Assembly: GCA_028534125.1 (NCBI GenBank)
Contig: CM052816.1
Span: forward strand, 16,432,001-16,496,000
Length of the DNA stretch: 64,000 bases
Direction: 5' to 3'
Origin: Lama glama
Taxonomy: Eukaryota
Shown here: positions 39,820 through 51,589 of the stretch, in pieces
How the letters are laid out: each line of letters opens with the position of its first letter
Numbering within the stretch: position 1 is the first letter of the stretch
Program-made: the position numbers and the translations under genes
The notes under the pieces: generated by a model
The model's database searches: none
Seen by the model: only the letters and a program-made list of their open reading frames with translations
What the model was told of the DNA's origin: nothing

Positions 39820-40089
39820 ATCAAAATTATTGAGAGCATATGCCAATTCTCCTCCTCCTCCACCCTGGTGCTGGGAGGCGTCGTCTGATGCAGTGGCCTG
39901 GGCTGCATTGGAAATGCCTGTGACCGCCTGCTGCAGCTGCTTGTATATCAGGTCTCTGTTGGCCTTATAGGCTGCGACATCAGGGTGCTGTAGGCATGCC
40001 TGGGATGCAGTATAGAGGATTGGAACGTTTTTCTGCAGGATTCCTCTGGCTGCAGCCATCTGATCACGATGGCCCACATCTTTCAGTTC
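39820..40089 (-). CDS. CTNNA1: Alpha-E-catenin coding exon 6 (270 nt, phase 0/0)
   Basis: Acceptor ctcttgtag|GAACTG, donor TTTGAT|gtaagt. Encodes ELKDVGHRDQMAAARGILQKNVPILYTASQACLQHPDV...HQGGGGGELAYALNNFD. Confidence 0.98.
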
Positions 40090-40221
40090 CTACAAGAGTA
40101 AAGTAAGAATATGGGCTCTATTCATATAAAAATTAGTCAGAAAATGCTGAAAAGTTAGAATTTCTACTAATTAGACAATATTTTCCTTAACAATCTGGCT
40201 TGAAAGTTCATCACAAAAGAG

Positions 40222-40460
40222 TCAGTATGGTTTAGTAGGTTAAGAGTTCAAACTTTTCCAAAACACACAGACCTGGATTTGAATCTCCAACTCTACTTTT
40301 TCCTGACTATTATGATTTTATTTAAATTCTCCACACTCAGTATCACCTTCTGTAAAATAGGAGCAATAACAGTACCTCTCTTAAAATTGTCTTGAGGATT
40401 AAATGGGATAATGCGTGTAAAGCACCTAGAACACTAAGTAGAAAGCAAAGCATAAAACTG
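40222..40460 (+). mobile_element. MIR SINE
   Basis: 'cagtatggtttagtaggttaagag...agacctggatttgaatc...tctgtaaaatagg...gaggattaaatgggataatgcgtgtaaagcacctagaaca'. Confidence 0.85.
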
Positions 40461-42784
40461 ACTGCCATCTTGATTACAACCTTATAAAGATATACATACC
40501 TATTCCAACCAAAATAGAAAAACCAGACACATTTAAACAGAGTAAGATTTATTATGAGGATTTCTTTTTTTATTAAGTTATAAAAGTTCACTAAAAGAGT
40601 TTTGTGAAAAGTGGGATAGGATTCCACAGGTGTACACAAACTATGCAAACCAACCAGGTAACAATGTGGCAGACTGTTCTCCCAAGTACACAACTCCTCT
40701 CCTCCCTTCCCCCATCCCAAAGATCACCTTAGGACACAGGTTATCAAGGCATAAAGCTACGTCATGTACTCCATGACTTTAATCCAAAAGGTTTGTATTT
40801 CATTGTAATGCTCTATAAACATGTAGTCTTATGTGAAACTGTCCTTCTTCAATTTCCTCTACGCCATAATTATAATCCACAGTTAAAAGGATTTGAGGTT
40901 CCTAGCGTGATTTCAACTACTGGCATCTAACTGGTCAACTGCATGGATATGCTAAGTGACAAATAAGTGGTACCAACAATAAGCAAGATGGGAAGGGGGT
41001 ACTTCTGATATCCTATTCTTACTACACTTACTCAGAGGAAAGAAAACTAAGTCTTTAGTAAATGTGGACTGCCACCACAGAAGAAAAATATAAATGATAA
41101 CTATAATTGACCACCAACTGTTTCAACTCTATTTTATATGTGACCCTAGAATTTCAATGATACTGTCACCAACTGTATCCTAGAGTACAAATTTTAATGT
41201 TTTTAAAATGAGTATTACATGTGCAAACAGTAAGCGAAAACTGACTAACTTAGAAAGGCCAAAGTCAATTACTCAGTTTAAACTCTGACTTTGTTAATTT
41301 GATGGCTCATCTGTCTAAATGAGTTCCTAATTAAGCATTAGAGACACCAGACCGGCTTCCTTTTTCTGAAACTCCACCTCACTATATATTTCAGGTTTGC
41401 ATCTTTATTCAAACCTTGTATAAAATGACAGCTTACTTTTCCTCCTAGAATTCTCTTCTCATTTGGAATCTGAATTTGCAAGCACTAGCTCACAGCACTC
41501 CAAATGCCCTGTAGTACAGTACATTAGGCTAAATATTCAGAAACAGGACCCTGTGGATTTTGAGAATCAGTGATCATTTCAAGATCCAAGCTATGACAGG
41601 GGGCTGAGGCTCACTATTATGCTTAAACAGCTGATGTACATGTTCTGTGTGGCATTTTCTAAACGTCTTGCCCTCATCACAACGTACCTTTAACAGACTC
41701 TTTTTCACAAGTATAGGGGATGTATTTTAATCTACGATGAAAATGACAGCTAAATATCATCATTTGTCCTAAAGCTGAAGTGTTCTACTTTCTCTTTAGA
41801 ATTACTTTTGCCATAGCACAAAAAAAAAAAATTAGATTTTGTTAAATAAAGATAGGAAAACAGACACTATCACAAAGCAGCACTATTTACTATAATAATA
41901 ATGATCAATCATAGTCTTTTCAAGATATATAGTATAGTGCTAACAGGTAATCCAGGTTAGTGAAAAAAGTGAGCTATCAAGAAATATACTAGATTACTTA
42001 TGAAATTAAGAGTCCCTTGTTCTACTTTAGCCTTCAAGATTCCCCAACTTGACCAATTCAGTTATGTTTCAAATGGACTCAGGAACGAACAGAAAACAGA
42101 AAGTCAAAATGACTACTTTCAATGTAATTTGAACTAACCATCACATGCAGTGGCCAAGAAACAGAAGCTTAATTCTAAGCAAGACATAACACTGTCTAAC
42201 CAAGACCTGGAAATTCAAGTGAAAGCTTCCTCTTATGTCCCTCTTAACTACATAAAATGGTAGCCATAGAAAAACTTGATGAAATGTCTTATCTTGGGTT
42301 CAAGTGACTATACTTAAAGAAATGGTCCCTGGTCAAATCCAGCCAGTCCAGATGACTTACACATAAAATAATGCCAGTAGTATCCATTACCGATGTGTCT
42401 ATTGAGGTTTTCAGAAAAATAATCATGAAGGTTTAAGAGTTCACAAACTGGGTAAGGAGTACTACGTTTTCACCAAACATCAACAAGCTCATGTACCTGG
42501 GTGAGTGAAAAGTAAACATCAAAGTACTCCATCTCTAGCATCTTGGGGAACCAGAGTTGACAACACGAGGCAAAGAGGGTCCTCCTCACAGGAACCAGTG
42601 TCAATCCTGGCACATCTTCACCTCTGCCATCTATTTTACCCTTACAGTCAAAGAAGACTTGCAGTCTAATGGAAGTTCAAAACATCTAGTCAGTAATATT
42701 CTAGCCTAATAAAGTGCTAGGTTAGGGCCACACACAGAATCCCTTTCCAGGATGGATCTGCAGTATGGCAAAATGGCTTATTCT

Positions 42785-43115
42785 CTCATTAAACAAGTAT
42801 TTATTGAACATTATTCTATCTAGACAATATTCTAGGTACTATGGACTATAGCAGCAATTTAAACAGACAAAAATCCCTGTCCTCTGCAGCCAGAAAGTCT
42901 GGGTTCAAAACCTGACTTCACCATTCACTAGCTGAATATCTGTGTCAAGCTACTTAACCTCTCTGTGCTATATTCCTTCATCTATAAAAATTAATACCTC
43001 ATTAATTATAGCATCTACCTTGTATTATTTTTGTGACAATTAAATGACTGTTTATAAACCACTTATAACAGTATTTAACACATAGTAAACAGCTTTTTAG
43101 ATACTCACTATTATT
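42785..43115. mobile_element. L2 3' end (minus) abutting a MIR (plus)
   Basis: 'aacaagtatttattgaac...aaacagacaaaaatccctgtcctc' followed by 'ctgggttcaaaacctgacttcaccattcactagctg...tacttaacctctctgtgc'. Confidence 0.7.
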
Positions 43116-43789
43116 TTCAGCAACATCCTCACCACTACCATACCATCCATGTTCCAGAAAAACCTTCAAGACAAATAGGTAAATTCCAGACCACCTGCAA
43201 ACCTTGTAAGGTTCAGTATTTCCTCACTGGGTGGCTGCTGCTTAAATGATATAAGGGAGGCTAAGAGAGCCAGCACACACATCATATCCAAATATTGCTC
43301 TTGAAGAAAACCCCTTTTCTGGACTAGGGCTACTTGTAAAGATAAGAGGCTCAAAAAGGAGCTAAATTATTACATACCACACATGGGGAGAGAAGAAAAG
43401 GTCAAAGGACAAAATAGTCCAGGGTGCTAGGCATACAGCAGTAGAGGAATTCTGCCAGAAAATACAAAGTGTGGAAAATTGTGACCAGTTAATTAAGGGA
43501 GCCAATGGGCAGTATCCAAAAGGGAGAATGAAGTTTCCACTAGGCTGGTACCTTAGGATAGAATGAGCAGCAGTTTAATCCCCAAAGAAAGTAAGAGTTT
43601 ACAGAAATACACACCAAGGCCCAGGTCCTATAAAAGGTCATTTTATGAGGCACCCAGGAGTCCACAGCCATCCTATACAATGAACTCTAGGCTAAAGCTA
43701 AAGGTTAAAGAATTAGCGCCCCCCCCCACTATAAATGACCATGAAATACAACAAACCCAAGACAAACTTTAAAATGGGGAATATTTGTC

Positions 43790-44210
43790 ACTCAACATAC
43801 CAGCAGAAAACAGACAGTAAAATCAAACTGGGTAATTCAAAGATGGTTTAACGACTATGCTACAAAAGGTATGGGCAGACTAAAGAACCATAGACTGTTG
43901 GGGCACTTAGGCCCAAAGACACAAGAGGAGGCAGTTACTAGAACCCAAAAAGCAAGATGTGGGGAGATACCACTCAACAGAGGCTATGACTTTTAGCCAT
44001 CTGGGACAACCATCAGGGAGGGGGTCAGGGGAATAAAACCCCAGTCTTACTCTATCTCCTCTAACCTCCTGTTAGTGCTCCCAATGACCAACCCAACCAG
44101 AAGCTAGAGGACAAAGGAAACCCTAGATATAGTCCAGGTAGGTCAGGTTCCTGAGGCAGAGAGCAAGGTGACCAAGGGCAAAAACAGATATAGACATAAG
44201 ATCATCTGGC
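43790..44210 (-). mobile_element. LTR33-like ERVL solo LTR
   Basis: 'cagcagaaaacagac...caaactgggtaatt' and 'aacctcctgttagtgctcccaatgaccaacccaaccagaagctagaggacaaagg' resemble LTR33, from memory. Confidence 0.6.
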
Positions 44211-45103
44211 ATGTTAACTATTAATATTTTCATGGCATCTTATTTTGGAAATGTTTCAAATTCACTACTTTTTTTCCTAATATCAGGGATTACGACTATA
44301 GAACTCTTCATGGACCCATGACACAAAGAATTAAAACTCAGGCAACATTACTTTCCAGTAAGTTTCTCCAGTAGTATACAGAATTCTGGACTATTATTGT
44401 GTTTTATATCAAGAACATCATCAATTTACTTATTCCATTCCATCATCTTGCAAAGATATATAATAGTGTCAGTCTAAATGTTCTCACTTTCTTCACATAA
44501 TAGTAAGTCTTCATAAACCAAGATCAGACTACGTTTTAAGACAGTAAGATTATTCACCAAACTTTTTAAAATATAACTAACATTTATTTCACATATTCAA
44601 ATGAGAACTTATACCAAGAACATTATGTAAAATAAATTGTGAACATAACTTGGCCAGCTTGTCATGTCTATAGAACTACCATACTGTAATTATACAACAA
44701 CTTCTTAGGATCAGTCAGCCCCAGCAAAACAAAACAAAAAGAAAACTACTTGTGATTTATGTGATGGAGACATAAGCCAACACAAGGACAAATGATCAAC
44801 GCACAGTGAGCCTACACTAACTATATTGCTCAGACATTACAACAAGTCTAGCTACATTATCCTGTGTAATATTAAGTACTGGAAATGTAAAACTAGGATC
44901 TCATCTGTGCAGTTTCAGTCTGGTCACATCTTATAACTTGATATACAAGCACTGACTACTATTCACCAACTGGCTACTGCTGAGGGCCTACTGAGTGTCC
45001 AGCACTATTATTATTTAATTCAATCCTCTCGACCCTGTGGGGTAGAATTCCTACACTAATGTAAATATAACCAAATAAAAGTTGAAGTCTCCAAAGCTGA
45101 GGT

Positions 45104-45642
45104 TGTCGTATACTGGACATTTACAGTACCGACCCCATTTTCCTCATGCCTGTCAGAGTTCTTGCTGGGTGCCCTGTCCTTGAGAAGGCTACCCCGTCAC
45201 AGGACAGAAGGCAGATCTTCATTACTCTGAGTGAGACATAGTTAATTGCTTTCCTCTTAACAATGATTAATTTAAAGGGGGGGCATGTGACACAATCCAG
45301 ATTTAGGGCAAATCTGTTAGGGGCTTCTAAATGGTTTGCTTATAAAGAGAGACATATGGAAGAAACAGTTCCTTTTTTCTCACTGGACATATTGATGTGC
45401 ACAAAAGTCACGCCTAGAGCTTCTGCAGCCATCCAGTGCCAGGCACACTGAAGACAACAGTGCTGGATATGTCAAGAAACAGAATCCTTGATGATATTGC
45501 AAAGCCTTTAAATTTAACAACCCCGAAGTCACTTAACCTAACTTGGGGCTTCTAACTAGTGAGAAAGTAAATCCCTCATTGTTCATGCAGTTTTGGAGCT
45601 GGATTTTCGGTAAACTGCAGTGTAAAATATTTTAAATGACAT
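45104..45642 (+). mobile_element. MaLR MLT1-type solo LTR
   Basis: 'gggcatgtgacacaatcc', 'tgcagccatc', 'ccttgatgatattg' and an MLT1-like 3' end 'gctggattttcggtaaactgcag...tgaca'. Confidence 0.65.
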
Positions 45643-46311
45643 AGGTATTGGCTAACAATAACAAGAATTTATCTTTTCAGGGCTTTTTAAGAATAAGAAT
45701 TAACAAGCTTGATCAAGACTACTGAAGTTGTAAGAGATGGATGGTGACAAAAGTATCCCCCTATGGAACAAACACCTAACACACGGCATCCAACAGGAAG
45801 GGTACAGGGAAGACTTCAAGCACCCCAACAGGAAAAGACTGGAAAAATAAGAACATGGATCCAAACACAAATTCATAACACTGTGGAAACTGCTACTAAT
45901 AAATAATAACACTTTAAAAAGTGACAAAATATGGAAGGAGAAGTACTTTCTGATATAGAAGTAATTCCATTATGTTTTAACTGGTTTAAGGTTTCTAAAA
46001 ATCTCAGACTCCACAACTCAAGTTCATCCTTCAACACGTGTAACAAAGGCCTATTACCTTTCTAGATACTACTGCAAATTGCTAAGCTACTTTAAGTAAA
46101 ATTTTCACGGGAATTAAAATAGAAGCATAACTGAATAAAACTTAATTATAACCTTATTAACAATATAATACTGAAAGGACATATCATAAATTGTTTTCAT
46201 GAAACTATAGTAGCAGAGATACTGGTACCTTCAGGAAACTTAGGTAAAATGAATTTTTCCCACTAGATGATAATATAAGCAACTTAAATATTTTCCAACT
46301 CATGACTGTAC

Positions 46312-46431
46312 CTGTTGTCTTTTGGCTGCCATAATATTCAGCTTATCCACTTCAGGTTTCAGGGCTTTGTACTGTATTCCCAAGTCTTGTTCAGTGCCTG
46401 CATTCCTCAGTTTCAAGATACCATCTTCTAC
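46312..46431 (-). CDS. CTNNA1: Alpha-E-catenin coding exon 5 (120 nt, phase 0/0); absent from the ORF track
   Basis: Acceptor tcttatag|GTAGAA, donor CAACAG|gtacag. Encodes VEDGILKLRNAGTEQDLGIQYKALKPEVDKLNIMAAKRQQ. Confidence 0.97.
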
Positions 46432-46879
46432 CTATAAGATATATCCCCCAAAAGAAAAATTCTCAACAATACAAGTCTGTATATGAGTAACATCTAGAAT
46501 TTTTTAATTCCTTTTAACAGCTACTCAGATAGCAATCCAAACTTCCTCTTCAGTTTACATGGCCCTCAAACACCTGAGCAGCTACTACATGGGAACTTTA
46601 TGAAGGACAACATTACACTGACTTCCACCTAAAAACAGACAATTTAACATACCTTGACTTCTCACTCTAGAATTCTACTGGTACAAGGAGATAATTAATC
46701 ACTACTAGAAGGGAAGGAGTCAAAAACAATACCTTTGCTACAAATTCTTCATTAGAACAAAGACAATATGTATCATAGTAGAGCCAGTATGATGTACACT
46801 TGGAATAGAGCAGTAAGTGGAAATTAAAAGCATTCCTGGTCCATGTAGGTAAATCAAGTTCAAAACCGTATCAAATCCA

Positions 46880-47045
46880 GAGGGAGGCTACAGCTCAGGT
46901 GGTAGAGCACATGCTTAGCATGCATGAGGTCCTGGGTTCAATCCCTGGTACCTCCATTAATAAATAAATAAATAAACAAACAAACATATAAACAAACCTA
47001 GTTACCTTTCACCCCAACCTCAAAGAAATAAAGAAAAAAAAAACT
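46880..47045 (+). mobile_element. tRNA-derived SINE (camelid Vic-1-like)
   Basis: gggaggctacagctcaggtggtagagc...ctgggttcaatccctggtacctcc plus A-rich tail. Confidence 0.92.
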
Positions 47046-47066
47046 GGAAAACCAAACCAAATTCTA

Positions 47067-47230
47067 GGGGAGGAGGGTATAGCTCAGTGGTAGAGCTCGT
47101 GCTTAGTATGCACAAGGTACTGAGTTCAATCCCCAGATTGCCACTGAAAAATACACAAACGAACCTAATTACCTATTCCCCTAAAAAAAAAGTTAGCAAG
47201 AAACTAAATAAATAAAAAATTATTAAAAAT
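47067..47230 (+). mobile_element. tRNA-derived SINE (camelid Vic-1-like)
   Basis: ggagggtatagctcagtggtagagc...gagttcaatccccag...aacctaattacc plus A-rich tail. Confidence 0.92.
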
Positions 47231-47319
47231 AAAAATCCTAAAGGAATGCTGAACTAAGTATGGCCAGCACAGCAGCCTCACCGTGATAGAACAAATTATA
47301 GACACAGGCCTGTACTTAC

Positions 47320-47486
47320 AACTTTCAGCTGAACAAGTAATTTGTAGACATCTGCCATGTCAGCCAAAATAAGCAGCCGGGTAACAGCAGAGAGCAAAGC
47401 TCGAGCTGCCCGAACCATGTTGCCACGCTTCACAGAAGAACAGGGATCATCTGCAAACTCTCCAGCAGCACTCTTCATCAAGTCAC
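47320..47486 (-). CDS. CTNNA1: Alpha-E-catenin coding exon 4 (167 nt, phase 1/0)
   Basis: Acceptor gttaaacag|GTGACT, donor AAAGTT|gtaagt. Encodes (G)DLMKSAAGEFADDPCSSVKRGNMVRAARALLSAVTRLLILADMADVYKLLVQLKV. Confidence 0.98.
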
Positions 47487-48164
47487 CTGTTTAACAGGGT
47501 GGAAAAACAAACTCAGCAGGAATGAACCAAATAACTGATCTACATTTTAAAAAATTAAAATAGTTCAAATTTTGTATATTTCATGCATAGAATTTAAGGG
47601 GTTTTGCTTTTGTTTTCTAGCTATAACTAAGAAAAGCACCTGCATATACTGCTGGTGAAAGCACAGTATCTGGAAAGTGATCTACTACTGTACATCAAGA
47701 GCCTTAAAAATAACTCTTTCCATTGATCTAATATCATTTTCAGAAAAGGACCATTATATGTATCCTAAGAAAAAAAAAGAAGCCCAAGATTTAAATGGGA
47801 GAAAAAAATGGATCTAACCCAATCTACCCTCATATCCACAGAATAATACAGAAACACAGCAGCCATTATGTAGGACCACCACACTTCATTAACCATCCCA
47901 ACTATCTAATGCATACAGCTCAGGGACTCACTGGTATGTGAAAAGATAAGAGTTCAATCACTGACTCATTCATCTTCCTCAGAGCAAAACACTGCCAACA
48001 GCTCAGATGCTCAACAAGCATCTAGTTAAGTCAATTATGGTATAGCCACTGACTATTATGTAAATATTAATATATATATTTTAAAAAGTTAAAAGCTTAT
48101 GATGAAATCTTAAGTAGAAAAAAGACAAAATGGTAAGTGTATACAATCCATGTTTTAAAAAAAA

Positions 48165-49158
48165 GAACCTACAGAATGGAAGAAAATACTTGCTAATGAT
48201 GTGACCAACAAGAGACTAATTTCTAAAATATACAAACAGCTCATACAGCTTAATATAAAAAAAAAAAAGCAACCGAATCAAAAAATGGGCAGGAGACCTA
48301 AATAGACAACTCTCCAAAGAAGATATACACATGGCTAACAAGCAGATGAAAAGATGCTCAACATCACTGTTAGAGAAATGCAAATCAAAACTACAATGAA
48401 ATATCACTTCAAACCAATCAAAATGGCCGTCATTAAAAAGTCCACGAATGATAAATGCTGGTAAGGGTGTGGAGAAAAGGGAACCCTCCTACAGTGTTGG
48501 TGGGAATGTAAATTTGTGCAGCCACTATAGAGGACAGTATGGAGGTTCCTTAAAAAACTGAAAATAAACTTACCATATGATCTAGCAATTCCACTCCTAG
48601 GCATATATACGAAGAAAAATAGAATTCGAAAAGACACACACACCCCAATGTTCACAGCAGCACTATTTACAACAGCCAAGACGTGGAAACAACCTAAATG
48701 TCCATCGATAGATGACTGGATAAAGATGTGGTGTGTGTGTGTGTGTGCATCTGTGTATACACACACACAATGGAATAATACTCAGCCATTAAAAAGAATA
48801 AAATAATGTCTTTTGCAACAACATGGATGGACCTGGACAGTCATTCTAAGTAAGCAGAAAGAGAAAGAAAAATACCATGATATTGCTTATATGTGAAATC
48901 TTTTTTTTTTAACATTTTTTATTGATTTATAATCATTTTACAGTGTTGTGTCAAATTCCAGTGTTCAGCACAATTTTTCAGTCATTCATGGACACATACA
49001 CACTCATTGTCACATTTTATATGTGAAATCTTAAAAAAAAAAAAGGGGACTCAAATTAACTTATCTACAAAAAAAGAAACAGACTCATCGAGAACAAACT
49101 TATAGTTACCAAGGGGGAAAGGAGGTGGGAATGGATAAATCGGGAGTTCGAAATTTGC
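48165..49158 (+). mobile_element. L1 fragment (ORF2 C-terminus and part of the 3' UTR)
   Basis: 'cctacagaatggaagaaaatacttgc', 'aaaaatgggcaggagacctaaatagaca' and 'gagaaatgcaaatcaaaactacaatga'. Similar to 9750-10490. Confidence 0.93.
48903..49016 (-). mobile_element. Young L1 3' tail inserted antisense into the older L1
   Basis: T run followed by a variant L1 tail. Perfect 16-bp TSD ttatatgtgaaatctt at 48887-48902 and 49017-49032. Confidence 0.88.
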
Positions 49159-50084
49159 ACCTCTTGGGGAGCGATGGAAATGTTAGCTATCTTAACTGCG
49201 GAGGTGATTTCATAGGTATGTACATCTATCAAAATTCATCCAATTGTACAACTAAAATACATGTAGTTTACAGGAATTATACCACAATAAAGGTGTTTTA
49301 AAAAAGAGAAGGCTGGAGTCAAAAGAGAAATAATAGTTATACTAGGTTATAATTTGACTCTTTACATTATTCTGTACTTACAAAAACACTTTCTGTATTA
49401 TACCCATAATAAAAAATAAGCTAAACACATACACATTTTACTATAGTTATTAGGAATGTCCAGCTTATACAATCCCTACTTCAATAATGCTAAAAAGTCA
49501 TTTATAACATCTCTTAGAAACTTATAAAATAACATACTTCTTTGTCATGTATTTCTATTAATAATCATTTAGGGTGCCTATCACTTCTCTTTTTTTAATA
49601 GCTGGAAGCAACTCGAGGGCCTGGGCTGTGTCTGTTCCACCAGTTATACCGACAACACCTGTATGGTGACTATCTTTGGATTCCTGGAAAAGCAATTATT
49701 CCCTCCCTTGGCTCAATGTGTCCACTTCAGATTAAAGCCTAAAGGTTATTCACACTTTCATCTCTTCCATAAATGTAAGAAAGTACATCTTCAAGAAGCC
49801 TAGCTACTTCTGAAGAGAGCAGCCAAATTTCTCCTAGTTATCCAATCTCGTTGCAGAATATGAACTCAGGAGAAAAAAGTTAAATTCAACCTCAGATTTA
49901 TATATTAACTAGGCTTAGAAGCATCATATACTAAGAGTAAAGACAAGCTCTACATATTTGTCAGGCCAGAAATAACTTACAATGAAGAATTTCACAGTTA
50001 AGAGTTTTCCTGGATCTAAGATACAGAAATACGGCAATTAAATGGATACATTAAGAAGTGCTATCTTGTGGTAAAGACAGAGCT

Positions 50085-50800
50085 CAGGCACTCACTTATT
50101 CATTCAGTAAGTATTTGAGCACCTACTATATCTACATCAAAGACTATATTAGGTACCAGTGGTATGGTGCTCAAGAGATAGCCCATGTCCTCATGGAGCT
50201 CTATGGAGAGAGGAAGACAGACAAGCAAATTAAAAGCTGATTAAGACAAGGCACCTGTACACAAAGGGCCCACAAATTAGGGAGTATTACAGTGCAATCA
50301 GAATTACAACAGCCCTGTGGACAAGGTGCTATGGGAAAATATCAGGGAAAGCTATTTACTCATGTATGAAGTTGTCTCAAAAGCTTCGCAAGAAAAAGAT
50401 ATTTGCCTTAATACTAAGAGATATTACACAAGAGTTATTGGCCTTATACAATAAATAGAATTCTATCTATTTACTAAGAGCTTATTGCACACTGCCAGGG
50501 ATACAAACCTGAGCAAGACTTACCTCTGCTTTCAGATGGTTTATAACCAGAAAGAAGAAAAGTGATCACACAGAATTATGTGCCATGTGCCATTTTAACA
50601 TACAAGCTGTAAGAAAAGCCCCAAGTATCATAGGGTCAAAGGAGGAAGCACTAACAACCAGTCCTGGGTAGAAGTGAAATGAGAGCAATAGTTTTACAGA
50701 AGACATGGTACTCTGAAATGGATTCTACCCTCAAAGGATAGGAAGAATTCAGGGCAGCAGAGTTAAGGGAGTGAGCACCTCAAGCAAAAGGAACAGCAAC
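50085..50800 (-). mobile_element. L2 fragments
   Basis: 'attcattcagtaagtatttgagcacctacta...tgtcctcatggagct...gggaagacagaca' is an antisense L2 3' end. A second piece starts near 50465. Confidence 0.7.
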
Positions 50801-50809
50801 ATAGTAATA

Positions 50810-50985
50810 TTTAACATTTATTAAATGCCCACTCCAAGGCACTATGTATATTTTATTTAATCCTGTTAAACACAGCAAGGAGGTGGTAATAGCCCTTCTT
50901 TACCAGTGAGACACCTAAAGGTCAGACAAGTTAACTAATTTAATCACAGTCACCTACCAGTAAATGACAGAGCCAGGATTTAGAA
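50810..50985 (-). mobile_element. MIR SINE
   Basis: 'taacatttattaaatgcc...atttaatcct...agttaactaattt...cagtcacc...gtaaatgacagagccaggatt'. Confidence 0.7.
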
Positions 50986-51589
50986 TGCTAATACTATGGT
51001 CTTAGAACCACTTATTAAGCTGCGTACACAATAAAAAAGGCATGACTGAGGCCTGAGTTCTCTAGTGTAACTGGGAAGGGATGTATAGATAAGCAGCAGA
51101 CGATGGGGATGAAAAAGCCATAGACAAACAAAACACAAAGAATTACTGAGCTGAAGTGGGAAAGTAAAGTCATAGACAACACAGGATTAACCTAACAAAA
51201 CTACATATGATAAACTTGACCAGACGTACAGGTCAGAAAGCCACAGAAAGAGGAAAGCATAGTAGTAAATCATAAAGGCAGGGGTCAAATGATATGATAA
51301 CCTTTGACTGTAAGAGTGAGGGGAAAGAAAGCATTGAAGATTGCATAAAGGACTCAAAGTACAGATGTTCTGTGACAGAGAAGAGAGCCAGAGTGCTATA
51401 TGTGTACACATGAATCAGGGAAAATTAAAAGAAAAAAAGGCTGGAGCCCTTGAGACTGTGGATTTAGGAGGAAGCAGAGGAAGACTCTAGGACAAGAAAA
51501 ACAAAGAGAACCAAAACGACAAACTGTCAAAAAACAAGACGACAAGTGTTTGCTCTGAAGAGGAAACCAGTCAACAAAATCAAATGCAT

